The notes: generated from the letters alone by a model not told the origin. Shown: positions 1 to 12,799, counted from the stretch's first letter. The stretch is DNA of 64,000 nt from an uncultured delta proteobacterium (GCA_963840855.1 CAWJBB010000067.1:8110-72109), one strand, 5' to 3'. Translations and numbers: made by a program.

Positions 1-3000
1 CAGCTCGTCCAGCGGCTGCGCGATCAGGACCCGGTGATCACGCCGGCTCTTCACTGGCTCGAGGAACACCTAGCGGCTCAGGGCACAACGGTCGATGAGA
101 TGGTCCGGCTCGAGCACCAGCAACTGGCAGCGATGAACGTGACCGTGCGCAATGTGATCACCAGTATGCGCCTGATCTCCGCCTTCGACTGGGCGGAATT
201 CTTCGAGAGCGTCAGTCTTGTCGACGCAATACTCTGGACCGACAATGGCTTTGCCGCTCCGGACTTCGAGACACGCGATCGTTACCGGCGCGCGATCGAA
301 GAACTGTCGCGGGGTTCACAGCAAGATGAGCTTGAAGTTGCGCGACGGGCGGTATTTCAAGCGAAAGGTGTCCGCAGCAAAGCGCAAGAAGCCAGTGACC
401 CCGCTGGGGACCGGCGCGGTGATCCCGGCTATTACCTCATCGCGAACGGACGCGTAGCCTTCGAGCGGGAACTTGGCTTTCGCATGCCGATCAAGACTTG
501 GCTTCTCCGCGCCTATGTTACGCAAGCGACGTCTCGGTACCTTAGTACCATCGCGATCGTCAGCGGCCTCATCCTCGCTTTGTTCCTCGTCAATTCCGGG
601 GCAGCGGAAGTGGGTTTCGTGGGACTGCTCCTCCTCGGGCTTCTCGCTCTCGTCCCGGCCTCGGATCTGGCGATCGCACTAGTCAATCGTGAGGTCACGG
701 AGCTGCTCGGGCCGCGGGCCCTGCCCAGGTTGGAGCTCCGTGACGGAGTGCCAGCGGATCTTCGGACATTGGTCGTCGTACCGACTCTCCTGACAAGTCA
801 CGCCCAGATTGCGGAGCAGATCGATCGGCTGGAAGTGCACTATCTGGCAAATCCAGCTGGCGATCTTCGTTTCGCGCTTCTTTCCGACTGGACAGACGCG
901 CCTCAAGAAACCATGCCGGGAGACGACGAGCTGCTGGCTGCGACGATTGAGGGCATCGCGCGGCTGAACCAACGCAATGGGGCCGCCCCGGATGGGGGCG
1001 AGCGATTTCTCCTTTTCCACCGCCGGCGGGGCTGGAACGAGAGCGAGCGGAAGTGGATCGGGTGGGAGCGCAAACGTGGGAAGCTCCATGAACTGAATCG
1101 CTTGCTGCGCGGTGCCACGGATACCAGCTTCGTGCCAACAGGTGGTCGGGCGCCTCTTGCAGCTTCCGGCGTCCGCTATGTCATCACACTGGATGCCGAC
1201 ACGCGCCTGCCGCGGGGGTCCGCCGCTCGATTGGTCGGCACACTGGCCCATCCTCTCAATCGGCCGAGGTTTGACGCTCGTGTCGGTCGAGTCGTTGAGG
1301 GCTACGCCCTGCTTCAGCCGCGCGTCACGCCGACCTTACCGACCGATCGCGAGGGCTCTCTTTTTCAGCGCATCTTCTCGGGCCCGGGCGGCACTGACCC
1401 GTACGCATCTGCCGTCTCCGACGTTTACCAGGACCTTTTCGGTGAGGGGTCTTACATCGGCAAAGGGATCTACGACGTAGATGCATTCGAGGCGGCCCTC
1501 GCCGGGCGGGTGCCGGAGAATGCCCTCTTGAGTCACGACCTCTTTGAAGGGATCTTCGCGCGGGCAGGACTCGTCACCGATATCGAGTTCTTCGATGAGT
1601 TTCCGCCGTACTATGCGACCGCCACGGCTCGCCAACACCGCTGGGCTCGCGGCGACTGGCAGTTGCTGCCGTGGATCCTCGGCCACGCACGAGACGCGAA
1701 CGGCGATCGGATTCGCGCCCCGATTCCCCCGATCAGCCGTTGGAAGATGCTCGATAACCTCCGGCGCACGCTGTCAGCCCCGGCCGCATTTATGACCTTG
1801 ATCGCCGGGTGGACGCTACCGTTCGCTTCGCCAGTGATCTGGACGACGTTCGTGCTCGCAACCATCGCCATCCCTCCGCTTTTGCCTGTCCTGACCGGGC
1901 TGATCCCACATCGCCGCGGGATTTCAAAACGCAGCCATGCACGGGCGGTGGGCACGGATCTGGTGCTTGCCGCGTCGCACGTCGGACTTACGGTCACATT
2001 ACTTGCCGACCAGGCATGGTTGATGACCGACGCGATCGTCCGGACGCTCTTTCGCGTCTATGTGACGCGCCGAAAGCTACTCGAGTGGGTGACCGCCGCG
2101 CAGGCGGAATCCGCTTTCGAAATCACCCTCGGCAGCGTCTATCACCGGATGGGCGGGGCAGTAGTGCTCGCCGCGGTAGCAGCCATCCTCGTTCCGTTTG
2201 GGCCGCCGGGAGCATGGCTGGTGGCGACGCCATTTTCTCTTTTGTGGGCGCTGTCACCCGTGGTGGCACACTGGATCAGCCTGCCACCCCGCGCAACCGG
2301 GGCTCGGCCTCTTTCGGAAGATGACGCTCGCAGCTTGCGATTAACCGCACGCCGGACCTGGCGATTCTTCGAGACCTTCGTTGGCCCGGAAGACCACGCC
2401 CTTCCTCCCGACAATTTCCAGGAAGAGCCAACACCGGTCGTGGCCCACCGCACGTCGCCGACCAACCTCGGGCTGTATCTCCTTTCCACCATCGCGGCGC
2501 ATGATTTCGGCTGGCTCGGCACCGTGGCTGCAATCGAACGGCTCGAAGCCACACTCGGAACGATGAACGGCCTCGAGCGTTTCCGTGGTCACTTTTATAA
2601 CTGGTATGCCACGCGCGACCTTCGCCCGCTCGATCCTAAATACGTATCCTCGGTCGACAGTGGAAACCTCGCCGGTCACCTCGTCGCGCTCGGACAGGCG
2701 TGCCAGGACCTCATCGACCGCCCACTGCTTGGCCCGCAGGTGCTCGCCGGGATTGCGGACACCATTCTCCTCCTCCGCCAATCGGCACGCGCGATGGCCG
2801 ATGACCGGCGCACGCAAACGGTCAGCCGCAAACAACTCGATGAGGCACTCGACGCCCTGACCACGGCACTCAGCCCGGTCCCCGTAACTCCCGGTGATTG
2901 GGTCGTGCGCCTCGCAGAACTCGAGACCCGCGCTTATACCATGGCGGACATTGCGCGCACGCTGACTGCGGAACGGGGCGACCGCGCCGATGCAGAGGTG

Positions 3001-6000
3001 CTCGCCTGGGCGGAGGCCGTGCGCGCGAGCATCGAGAGTCACCTGCGCGATCTCGACATGGTGCTTCCCTGGGCGCGGCTTGTCTTTGGGAAGACCCTCT
3101 CTCATGGCGCCCCGACCCCGGAGCAAGCGTTGGGTTCAACGGCGATCGCGCGTTTTTTTCTCTCGTTCCCGACCCTGGCCGACACGCCGGACCGCTACGA
3201 GAGCGCCATACACGAACTCACCACTCTCCGCGCGCGCTCGGCTACCGACAGCGCCGCACCGCAGAATGCCCTTACACGAATCGACGCGATCATTGATAGT
3301 CTCGCGCGTTCTGCCGTAGCCTCCCGAGCGCTGGTCCGCCGCCTTTCGACCCTCGTCCAGCTCACGAAGACAATGTTCGACGCGATGGAGTTTGGCTTTC
3401 TCTTCGATCCGACGCGGAAGCTCTTCTCGATCGGGTACCGCGTTTCCGATAGCAGCCTCGATCCGAGTTGTTACGATCTACTGGCTTCCGAGGCGCGGCT
3501 CACAAGCTTCATCGCCATTGCGAAAGGTGACGTCCCGTCGACCCATTGGTTCCACCTCGGTCGCGCTTTGACTCCCGTAGACCGGGGATCTGCGCTGGTC
3601 TCCTGGTCCGGGTCGATGTTCGAGTACCTCATGCCTGCGCTCGTCATGCGCTCTCCGGCGGGGAGTCTGTTAGCTCAGACATGCGATCTCATCGTGCGCC
3701 GTCAGAAGAAATATGGAACCGAGCGTGGCGTGCCGTGGGGGGTCTCAGAATCGGCCTATAACGCGCGCGATCTCGAGCTGACCTACCAGTACTCGAATTT
3801 TGGCGTGCCCGGCCTGGGGCTCAAACGGGGGCTGAGCGAAGATGTGGTCGTAGCCCCTTACGCGACGGCGCTGGCCGCGATGATTGATCCAGAGGCGGCC
3901 GCGGAGAACTTCGTACGTCTCACCGAGGCCGGCGCGAGTGGCCCGTATGGCTTTTACGAGGCGCTCGATTACACGGCCACGCGGGTTCCCGAAGACCAAC
4001 GCGTGGCCGTCGTGCGCGCCTACATGGCGCATCATCAGGGGATGTCGCTCGTGGCTCTCACGAACGTCCTCCGCGAGGGCGTCATGCGCGAGCGCTTTCA
4101 TGCCGAGCCGCGCATGCAAGCCACCGAGTTGCTGTTGCAGGAACGCACTCCGCGAGACGTCCTGGTCGCCCGGCCCAGGGTCGAGGAGGTCCGAGCGGTG
4201 GCCAACGTCCGCGATCTTGTTCCACCAGTCGTTCGTCGCTTCACTTCCGCGCACGACCCGACGCCCGGCATTCACCTTCTCTCTAACGGGCGATACGCGG
4301 TGATGGTCACGACGGCGGGCTCCGGATACAGCCGTTGGCGCGACCTTACGGTTACACGATGGCGCGAGGACCGCACGCGCGATGCCTGGGGGACGTACCT
4401 TTTCCTTCGCGACGTACACAGCGGCGCGGTCTGGTCGGCCGCATACCAACCGAGCGGGGTCGAACCGGATAGCTATGAAGCGGTCTTTTCCGAGGATCAC
4501 GTAGAGATCCGGCGGCGCGATGGCGCGATTGTGACGACGCTTGAAGTCGTCGTTTCGCCGGAGCACGATGCCGAGGTGCGCCGGGTGTCGATCACGAACC
4601 TGGGAACTCGAACCCGAGAGATCGAGCTGACCTCGTACGCCGAAATCGTGCTGGCGCCGCCCGCAGCGGACGCAGCCCACCCGGCGTTTTCCAATCTGTT
4701 CGTGCAGACGGAATTTGCTCCCGAACTCGGCGCCCTGCTCGCTACGCGCCGGCCACGGTCACACGATGAGCCGCAGGTCTGGGCGGCGCACGTAATCGTC
4801 GCCGAAGGAGAAACCGTCGGCGAGCTGCAATACGAGACCGACCGCGCGCGGTTTCTCGGCCGCGGACGCGGCATCCGAACGCCGATGTCGGTCATCGACG
4901 GCAACCCACTCTCCAACACGGTCGGCGCAGTACTCGATCCAATCGTCAGCCTCCGGCGCCGCGTTCGGCTTGCGCCGGGAGCCAGCGCGCGAGTGACGTT
5001 CTCGACGCTCATCGCGCCATCGCGCGACGAGGCGCTCGCCCTGGCCGACGAGTACAACAATCCAACGACGTTTGAGCGCGCCGCCACTCTGGCGTGGACG
5101 CGGGCCCAAGTCCAGTTACACCATCTCAGCATCGATCTTGACGAGGCCTACCTCTTTCAAGAACTCGCCGGCCGGATCCTATACTCGGACCCCACGCTGC
5201 GGCCGTCATCCGCGGTGCTCACAGGCAATACCCGGGGACCTTCGGAACTCTGGCGGCATGGAATTTCCGGCGACATACCGATTGTTCTGGTCCGAATCGA
5301 CGAAGCCGAGGATCAGGGAATCGTCCGGCAACTCCTCCGCGCCCACGAATACTGGCGGATGAAACAGTTGGCGGTCGACCTCGTGATCCTGAACGAACAC
5401 GCCCCGTCCTACGCTCAAGATCTCCAGGCAGCTCTGGAGGCGCAGGTCCGGACCAGCCAGTCGCGCTTGCGGCGCGAGGGGGATGAACCGTCCGGAAGCG
5501 TGTTTATTCTGCGGGGAGATCTCATTTCAGCCGAGGATCGCATCCTGCTCCAGACCGCCGCGCGGGCTGTGCTCTTGAGCCGCCGCGGCACCCTGTCCGA
5601 GCAGGTTGTACGTCCGCGATCCGAGGCCGCCTTGGTTCCACTCGCGCAGCGTCTGCCCGAGACAAAATCATCGGATATTTTGCCGCCGCGGCCCGACCTC
5701 GAGTTCTTCAACGGCCTCGGTGGCTTCGCTGCGGATGGCCGTGAGTATGTGACCATTCTAGGCGAGGGCCAGTGGACGCCGGCGCCTTGGATCAACGTGA
5801 TTGCGAACCCTTCCTTTGGCTTCCAGGTTTCTGAGTCGGGCTCGGGTTATACGTGGTCGCTCAACAGCCGTGAGAACCAGCTCACGCCGTGGTCGAATGA
5901 CCCGGTCAGCGACTCGCCGGGCGAGACGATATACGTGCGGGATGAAGACAGCGGCGAACTGTGGGGCCCAACGGTGCTGCCGATCCGGGAGGAGGCCTGG

Positions 6001-8098
6001 CCCTATACCGCCCGCCACGGCCAGGGTTACAGCCGTTTCGAGCACACATCGCATGGAATCTCGCTCGACCTCCTGCAGTTCGTACCGCTCGCGGACCCAA
6101 TTAAGATCTCCCGCCTCACTATCGAGAACCACTCAGGCCGATCCAGACGCCTCTCCGTGACCGCATATGTCGAGTGGGTGCTCGGCGCTTCGCGGAACGT
6201 CTCCGCGCCCTTCATCGTCACTGAGATCGACCCGCCAACAGGAATGATGCTCGCGCGTAATAGCCTGGAACAGCGAGTTCGGTGGCCGCGTAGCTTTTGC
6301 CGACCTGGGCGGGCGCCAGACCGCATGGACGGGTGATCGGACGGAGTTTCTTGGCCGCAACGGCACCCTCGACCATCCCGCGGCGCTCGAACGGAGAGAC
6401 CGACTCTCTGGGAAGGTCGGCGCCGGCCTCGACCCATGCGGCGCCCTGCAGGCGATGATGGAGCTACAGGCGGGCGGCCGTGCTGAGATCGTCTTTTTCC
6501 TCGGCGAGGCCGCGACCACGGAAGAGGCGCGGGCGTTGATCACGCGCTACCGCGCGGCTGACCTCGATGAAATCTTGCGCAAGGTCAGGGAGCATTGGGA
6601 TGACGTTGTTGGCGCGATTCAGGTGACAACACCTGATCGGGCTATGAACGTGTTGCTCAACCGCTGGCTGCTTTACCAGACGCTGGCATGTCGGGTCTGG
6701 GCGCGAGCGGCCTTTTATCAAGCGGGCGGCGCCTATGGTTTTCGCGATCAGCTTCAAGACGTGATGGCACTCATGGTTGCCAAACGAGACGTCGCGCGTG
6801 CGCAGTTACTGCGAGCCGCCGCGCGGCAGTTCGTGGAGGGTGATGTCCAGCACTGGTGGCATCCGCCGTCCGGCCGGGGCGTTCGGACCCGTATTTCCGA
6901 TGATCTTCTATGGCTGCCGTACGCGGTCATCCACTACCTCGCAGTCACGGGCGACGACGCTCTTCTCGACGAGGTCGTTCCCTTCCTCGACGGGCCGCCT
7001 CTCGCGGCCGGGCAAGACGAGTCGTACTTCGAGCCACAGGTGTCCGCGCAAAGCGGTACCCTGTTCGAGCATTGCGCGCGCGCGCTCGACCGCAGTCTGG
7101 CGGTTGGCAACCACGGCCTTCCGTTCATCGGCACGGGAGACTGGAACGATGGGCTGAACCGGGTCGGATCTGCGGGAAAAGGCGAGAGCGTGTGGCTCGG
7201 CTGGTTTCTTCACACCATACTATGGGAGTTTGCCCGGGTCGCCGACTTGCGCGGCGAGTACCACCGCGCCGAAACGTGGCGACTGCATGTCAGCGCGCTC
7301 AAGGCATCGCTCGAACTAAAGGCGTGGGACGGCGAGTGGTATCGGCGCGGCTACTTTGACGATGGTACCCCGCTCGGCTCCGCCATGAACACGGAATGCC
7401 GCATCGATTCCATCGCCCAATCTTGGGGGGTCATATCCGGTGCGGCCGAGCGAGCTCGTGGAGCGCGCGCAATGGCGGCGGTCGAGAAACACCTCGTTCG
7501 TCGCAACGACGGGCTCGTCCTACTCTTCACGCCTCCTTTCGACCGCGCGAGTCCGGACCCTGGATACATCAAAGGATACCTGCCCGGCGTCCGCGAAAAC
7601 GGCGGCCAATATACCCATGCAGCGATCTGGTCCGTCCTCGCTTTCGCCGCACTCGGCGACGGCGACAAAGCCGGCGAACTTTTCTCGCTCTTGAACCCCA
7701 TCAATCACGCGAGTAGCCGCGCTGGCGTTTACCGGTACAAGGTCGAACCCTATGTCATCGCCGCTGATATTTATGCCGAACCGCCCCACGTCGGCCGCGG
7801 CGGTTGGACGTGGTACACCGGGTCGGCAGGATGGATGTATCGGGCTGGCATCGAGTGGATACTGGGTCTCCGTCTACGGGGCACGATGATGTATCTCGAT
7901 CCCTGCATCCCGCGCGCGTGGCCGGGCTTTAAGATCACATTCCGCTATCACTCGTCGCGCTACGAAATCGTCGTCGAGAACCCGCACGGGGTTGCACGAG
8001 GGGTGTCGTCTGTTGAACTCGATGGCGCACCACTCGCAGACGGCATCCCGCTGGCCGATGACGGCGTAACGCACCATGTGCGCGTTGTCCTTAGGTGA
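1..8098 (+). CDS. ndvB: Cyclic beta-1,2-glucan synthase (NdvB/Cgs-type: glycosyltransferase + glucoamylase-like + GH94 phosphorylase domains); 5'-truncated by the window edge; one-base frameshift near 6262
   Basis: Frame 1 is open from base 1. Motifs ERKRGKL, TLDADT, LSHDLFEG, RWARGDWQ, PPDNFQ, SWSGSMFEYLMP, PWGVSES; GH94 motifs GAYGFRDQLQD, GDWNDG, ENGGQYTH. Removing base 6262 gives ARNAWNSEFGGRVAFADL...TGDRTEFLGRNG, in frame with ORF 6455-8098. Confidence 0.9.
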
Positions 8099-8204
8099 GA
8101 GACCCCCGGCAAATTACGGAGACCCTTGGCTTTCCTCTCGCGGAAATGTAGTAGTAGAATGTGCTCGGGCGCAAAATCAACGTCGATAGATAAGGGAGGG
8201 GAAT

Positions 8205-8645
8205 ATGGAGAATACGGAACAATTGAAAGGCTTCGAGGTCTTCGAAATCAAGCCGCAACTCGTGGCAAAAGGCAAGAAGACCACAGAACTCGTGCGCTCT
8301 GATCTGATACGTGCCAATGTTCAAGTGGTCACCGACGGCGGAGAAACCAATCTCCACGCTCATACGGGAATGGACGCAATCTGGGTTGTCTTGCAGGGAG
8401 AGGCAACCTTTTATGGTAAAGGCAATGAGGTCGTCGGTAAACTCGAAAAACATCAGGGCATCTTGATACCTCGGCCCAATCCCTACTGGTTTGAAAGCTC
8501 GAGCGATGAGCCCTTGGTGATACTCCACGTCATGGCGTATCAACCGGGCGCGGTGGCCAAGCGGATCGATTACACGGCGCGGAAAGAGCTCCCTAGAGAT
8601 ATGGTGGACGGCAAATTCTTCGGCCAGCAGGAAAGCGAAGCTTAG
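8205..8645 (+). CDS. Cupin-domain protein
   Basis: GGETNLHAH...W-V-QGEATF cupin motif 1; GGGAGG RBS upstream. Confidence 0.75.
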   Translation: MENTEQLKGFEVFEIKPQLVAKGKKTTELVRSDLIRANVQVVTDGGETNLHAHTGMDAIWVVLQGEATFYGKGNEVVGKLEKHQGILIPRPNPYWFESSSDEPLVILHVMAYQPGAVAKRIDYTARKELPRDMVDGKFFGQQESEA

Positions 8646-8691
8646 AAGTTTGTTGCTACAGGCGGCTATCCGAAGCACCTAGAGTGTTTAA

Positions 8692-8735
8692 ATGCTCACG
8701 CGCGGCTTGAGAAGAGGCCGGCCGCGCGTGAGCAT
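8692..8735. terminator. 15-bp perfect inverted repeat between convergent genes (probable bidirectional terminator or stabilising hairpin)
   Basis: atgctcacgcgcggc (8692-8706) ... gccgcgcgtgagcat (8721-8735). Confidence 0.6.
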
Positions 8736-8825
8736 CGTAAGGGTCTTTAGTTTTGTCGCCTAATGACACGTATAAAACGGCGCGGGCGACGCGCTTGCCT
8801 AGCGAAGCCGAGCATCCTTCTCTGA

Positions 8826-9956
8826 TCACCGCTGAGCATCCGCCTTGGGAAAACCATAAGCCTCAAATATCTTCGCCGCCCACGGCTGGAGATTCTGATA
8901 GCTTTCCCACGGCACCGCCGATAATTTCTTCCCCTTGAGCTCCTGTTCCACCGCGCTACCGCGCACGTAAACTGCCGACGCCATCGGCTCGTGCTCATCG
9001 GCTATCTTCTGCGCTTCAACAGTCGCAAGCCAGTCAAACCACAGGAGCGCCGCATGGGGATGCTGAGCTGTAGCCAGGATTGATTGTGCCAGCGCTAATC
9101 TGAAGGGAACGGGCTCAAGAATAATATATTGGAGAACGCCGAGCGGATCCTTTTTCTGTGCGCGCTTCAGGTCATGAAAATTGGCCGCAACCATCATGGG
9201 AATTTCTCCGGCTAACATTCCTGTGATCGCTCTGGGATCACCCCGGACCCAGATGGGATCCTGACTCGCCAACCTTCGAGCAAAGTCTACAGTCTTATCC
9301 AGACCCCAGGCAGGGATAAGAGTCGTTATGCCTCCCGGACGAATGTCCAGGGAAATTTTTCTTCCCTTAAACTCGGGCTTCAAAAGATCCTCCCAAACCT
9401 TCGGAACCCGGGCGGCAGGAACGAGATTCTTATTATAAGCGACGACTTGGAAACGACTGTGAAAAGCCACGATATTCCGCTGCGTGGAATCTACCATTTG
9501 ATGAGGAATTTGCAGGACACCTTGCTCGGCCATTCCCTGCAGGTCCACCTTCCAGAGATGAGGCACATAGTCATTGACATGGTCGGAGCTAGTTGAGACG
9601 ACGTCCCATTCCTTAGCCGCCACGCCGCTCTTGATTTGCAGCACAAGCTGCTGCGCCGACTCGGAGCCGGTTCTTACCTGGATATTCAGATCGACAAACG
9701 GGTATCTCTTTTTGAAAGCCGCCACGGAAGCCTTGGCGGTTTCGGACTCCATGCTTGATATGACACGTAGTCTTCCCTCCTTTTGGGCTTTTGCCACAAT
9801 CTCAGCGCGATCAGCGACAAATAAGAACCCTTTCGCCTCCGCGTCCTGCTTGGCTTTGAGGAGCGTCGCGCTCGGTGTGGCGGCGTGAACCGCTGGAGCA
9901 AACGCAAGAATGCCAAAAAAAACCAGCAGAGGCTCTCTGCTAAAATGTAGCTTCAC
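8826..9956 (-). CDS. ABC-type extracellular solute-binding protein (iron/polyamine-like family)
   Basis: Signal peptide; AQKEGRL, AYNKNLV..PKVWEDLLKPEFKG, AQHPHAALLWFDWL. Confidence 0.8.
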   Translation of the reverse strand: MKLHFSREPLLVFFGILAFAPAVHAATPSATLLKAKQDAEAKGFLFVADRAEIVAKAQKEGRLRVISSMESETAKASVAAFKKRYPFVDLNIQVRTGSESAQQLVLQIKSGVAAKEWDVVSTSSDHVNDYVPHLWKVDLQGMAEQGVLQIPHQMVDSTQRNIVAFHSRFQVVAYNKNLVPAARVPKVWEDLLKPEFKGRKISLDIRPGGITTLIPAWGLDKTVDFARRLASQDPIWVRGDPRAITGMLAGEIPMMVAANFHDLKRAQKKDPLGVLQYIILEPVPFRLALAQSILATAQHPHAALLWFDWLATVEAQKIADEHEPMASAVYVRGSAVEQELKGKKLSAVPWESYQNLQPWAAKIFEAYGFPKADAQR

Positions 9957-10089
9957 AGCAAACCTCCGTTCGAAACCGTCACCTTCAGCTCAACTATGGA
10001 ACGCCCATTGGTTGCAATCATCGTCTCGCTCTAAAACCGCACGCCGCCGAGTCGAGCGCACAAAAATTTCTTTCCTGAGCGTCCTCGGT

Positions 10090-12546
10090 CTAACCCGTGG
10101 CTCTCATAAGCGCGTGGATGGAACGGCCTTTGGACGGCCTAAACTCGTTGGTTATGAAGCGTTTCAGTGACTCATCGTTGGCGAATATCTTTTGTGCCCG
10201 CGTGGTGTCTACGCCAATGGCGATAATGTTCGGGTCGTCGGTCCGTGCTTCGCGGAAAACGCCGTTCTGGATCATGCGACTAACCGACAACCGGTTATCG
10301 TCGGTTGGTGTCACGTAATGCACCAGATCGGTTTTATAACGATGAAGCAGAAAGAAATGCATTAACGTCATGAGACGGCGGGCGCGATATTTCTTCACGG
10401 TATTCTGATCCTTGACCGCGAGAAACTTTCGACCGGCTCTATCCTTATCCACGCGATAAATAATCTCGGCGATCTTGTCGCGGGCCTCATCGAAAACGTT
10501 GAGCATCATTTCCTCGGAACCAGCCCAACGCTCTTTAACTTCGACGCTGAGTTCGCCGCCTTTATACAGTCCCTGCTTGCTCCAATGTTCGGTCCACATG
10601 CGGAGCCATCTCTCCAGGACGCTCGTGGGCACCTCGACGGATTTTCTGTGCTGAGCCTCGGTAGACTTGCCCCCCATGGATGAAGTAGTCAGCGCCGGCC
10701 CGCGTGCCGCACGCCGGAATCGATCCGCCCACGGCCCGCCGACGAAGGTCTGCGGGAATTGCGCTGGATCATTGGCGAGGCGAAGCGAGCGCTGGATTAG
10801 CCGGACGAAACCGAGCACTCCCTCTTCTTTCAGCGCCCGCGCCAGGCGCCCATTCATCAAGGCTTCGGTTTGATGACCCGCATAGGTTATGAAGTTAAAA
10901 ACGTAACCCATTTTGCCCAGCTCGGCGGCAAAAATCCGGATCTGGTCGTCCGTAAATCCCCACGCATCCCAGTTCCATGACGGCGACAAATTGTAGGCCA
11001 ACAGCTTGTTAGGGAAGACCTCATGCATGGCCGCGGCCCAAATCTTGTCATCTTCCAAATCCGGCTTGGCCGTTTCACGCCAAACCAGATCGCAGAATGG
11101 CGCCATGGCCAATCCTCTGGCGGTTGCCATGTCACGCCCGCCCGTAACCTGATAAAAACCTTCCGGGGTCCTGGGCAAGTCCCAATCCCAGAAGACTTCG
11201 ATACCCATGGACTTGGCCCGCTCACGGGCTTCGCCATAGGACACCTTGGCGGCAAATTTCCTCCAGCGTTCGACGGACATGGGAAGCTTGCCCTGACCGC
11301 GAAGCCGCGCTTCCATGGCCTCAGCGACGGCTCCACAGTAGGTCTTCAAAACTGCCTTCTCCGCCCACGCCTCGCGGATCACGGCCAATACATGGTCGAG
11401 GGTTTCTTCAACGACCTTCTTGGCTGTTACTTCGAGCGCCGCGAGCTGCTCACGCGCATCTCTCCGGCCCTTCCCCGCGCGACGGGCTTGTTGCCGAAGT
11501 TTATTTAGCGACGAGATCTCTTTATCCATGCGCGCCGTCGCTTCATCGACTCGAGAAGCGAGATGTTCTTTTCTCAGCCATTCCTGCGCGTCCCGGTAGG
11601 CTTTGTCGGAGATCCTGTACATTAAATGGCCGTTGATTTCTTTAAAACCCCGATCGTAGAACTTCTTGATGACCGCCAGATTGACGTTCTTAAACGGAAC
11701 GATATCTGCGTTTGTCGCGCCAAATACAAAAGGATGATCACGCTCGTCTTCCAAGCTGTCTATCGCCGTCGCGTCATTAGAGTCTGTCCGCGCAACGATC
11801 ACGCCGGGGACGCCCAAGACGTCGAACTGCAGCCTTGCTGTATTAAGCCGCGCAATCATTTCAGTCGTGGAGACGAGGACCTTCTGCCCCTGATGGCCAC
11901 AAACCTTGCAACCCGGTCGTTGGTCTTCAATGTGAATGGCACCAATCTTGTTTTCGACAAACTTTTTAACCAAGTTGCGAATATGATGCTCGCCTCCATG
12001 CCCGGTGTCGCCGTCGGGAATGATCATCGGCGGACTGAACTCGATAGCCGTGGTTTTTTTTCGCTGCGCCGAGGTCATTCTCATCCGATTGGACCTTTGC
12101 ACTTCGTCCTGGTGCATCAAGGCGCGCACCCACGACGCTCCTTCCTTGGGAACGCGATCCAGCGCGTAGTTCGCCAAGTCGGCTCCAGGATCTTCCGAGT
12201 CGGAACCGCGGGCCGAAGTGGACCACCCGCCGAGATAGAGAATCTTGATGCCTTCCATCACCGCGCGCACCGCTCCGGTGGATGAGAAAGGTCCATAGGT
12301 AATTTCCTGCTTTTTCGTTTTGAACAGCCGTTGCAGATAATCGTACATCTTATCGGCCGCCTGCCTGGCGATCGTGTAGTCTTCGCGGGCGCTTCCGCGC
12401 AGCGCGACTACCTCGTAGGCCGTGTGAAGCCGGGTGATTTGTCGGAATCGTGGGCTTTGAAACCAAACCTCGGTGTCGCGCAATTCCCTAACCCATTCGA
12501 TCGCTTCGGTATCTCGCCGAGTATCCAGCCGGGTAATCTTGTTCAT
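10090..12546 (-). CDS. aceA: Isocitrate lyase, long ICL2-type with C-terminal GNAT-like domain
   Basis: YLGGW, DGDTGHGG, HIEDQ, KVCGHQG, ARTD, WRETAKP, LAYNLSPSWNW; C-terminal RLMTLMH..VHYVTPTDDN resembles mycobacterial ICL2. Confidence 0.9.
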   Translation of the reverse strand: MNKITRLDTRRDTEAIEWVRELRDTEVWFQSPRFRQITRLHTAYEVVALRGSAREDYTIARQAADKMYDYLQRLFKTKKQEITYGPFSSTGAVRAVMEGIKILYLGGWSTSARGSDSEDPGADLANYALDRVPKEGASWVRALMHQDEVQRSNRMRMTSAQRKKTTAIEFSPPMIIPDGDTGHGGEHHIRNLVKKFVENKIGAIHIEDQRPGCKVCGHQGQKVLVSTTEMIARLNTARLQFDVLGVPGVIVARTDSNDATAIDSLEDERDHPFVFGATNADIVPFKNVNLAVIKKFYDRGFKEINGHLMYRISDKAYRDAQEWLRKEHLASRVDEATARMDKEISSLNKLRQQARRAGKGRRDAREQLAALEVTAKKVVEETLDHVLAVIREAWAEKAVLKTYCGAVAEAMEARLRGQGKLPMSVERWRKFAAKVSYGEARERAKSMGIEVFWDWDLPRTPEGFYQVTGGRDMATARGLAMAPFCDLVWRETAKPDLEDDKIWAAAMHEVFPNKLLAYNLSPSWNWDAWGFTDDQIRIFAAELGKMGYVFNFITYAGHQTEALMNGRLARALKEEGVLGFVRLIQRSLRLANDPAQFPQTFVGGPWADRFRRAARGPALTTSSMGGKSTEAQHRKSVEVPTSVLERWLRMWTEHWSKQGLYKGGELSVEVKERWAGSEEMMLNVFDEARDKIAEIIYRVDKDRAGRKFLAVKDQNTVKKYRARRLMTLMHFFLLHRYKTDLVHYVTPTDDNRLSVSRMIQNGVFREARTDDPNIIAIGVDTTRAQKIFANDESLKRFITNEFRPSKGRSIHALMRATG

Positions 12547-12677
12547 TGTGCCAACCTCCCGAATATTCTATTGACTAACGGCGAACCGGTTTTAATGCCG
12601 TCTGCAGGCTCTGCTTCCCTCACCATCCTGCGCTCGAAGATGACGCTGCGAAGAAACGGCGCAGCACGAAGTGGGTT

Positions 12678-12799
12678 GGCAGGTAAAGCACAATAACATT
12701 AACAGCCATCAAGCACAGCAACCAAAGCCAAGGCGCCCGGCAGGTAAAGCACAATAACATTAACAACCATCAAGCACAGCAACCAAAGCGAAGACGCCA
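12678..12799. repeat. 61-bp tandem duplication (4 mismatches)
   Basis: ggcaggtaaagcacaataacattaaca[g/a]ccatcaagcacagcaaccaaagc... at 12678-12738 and 12739-12799. Confidence 0.95.

Noticed and set aside
12678-12799. Possible CRISPR repeat pair
   Set aside because: Only two directly adjacent copies, no spacer, lies in coding sequence, and no cas genes in the window.
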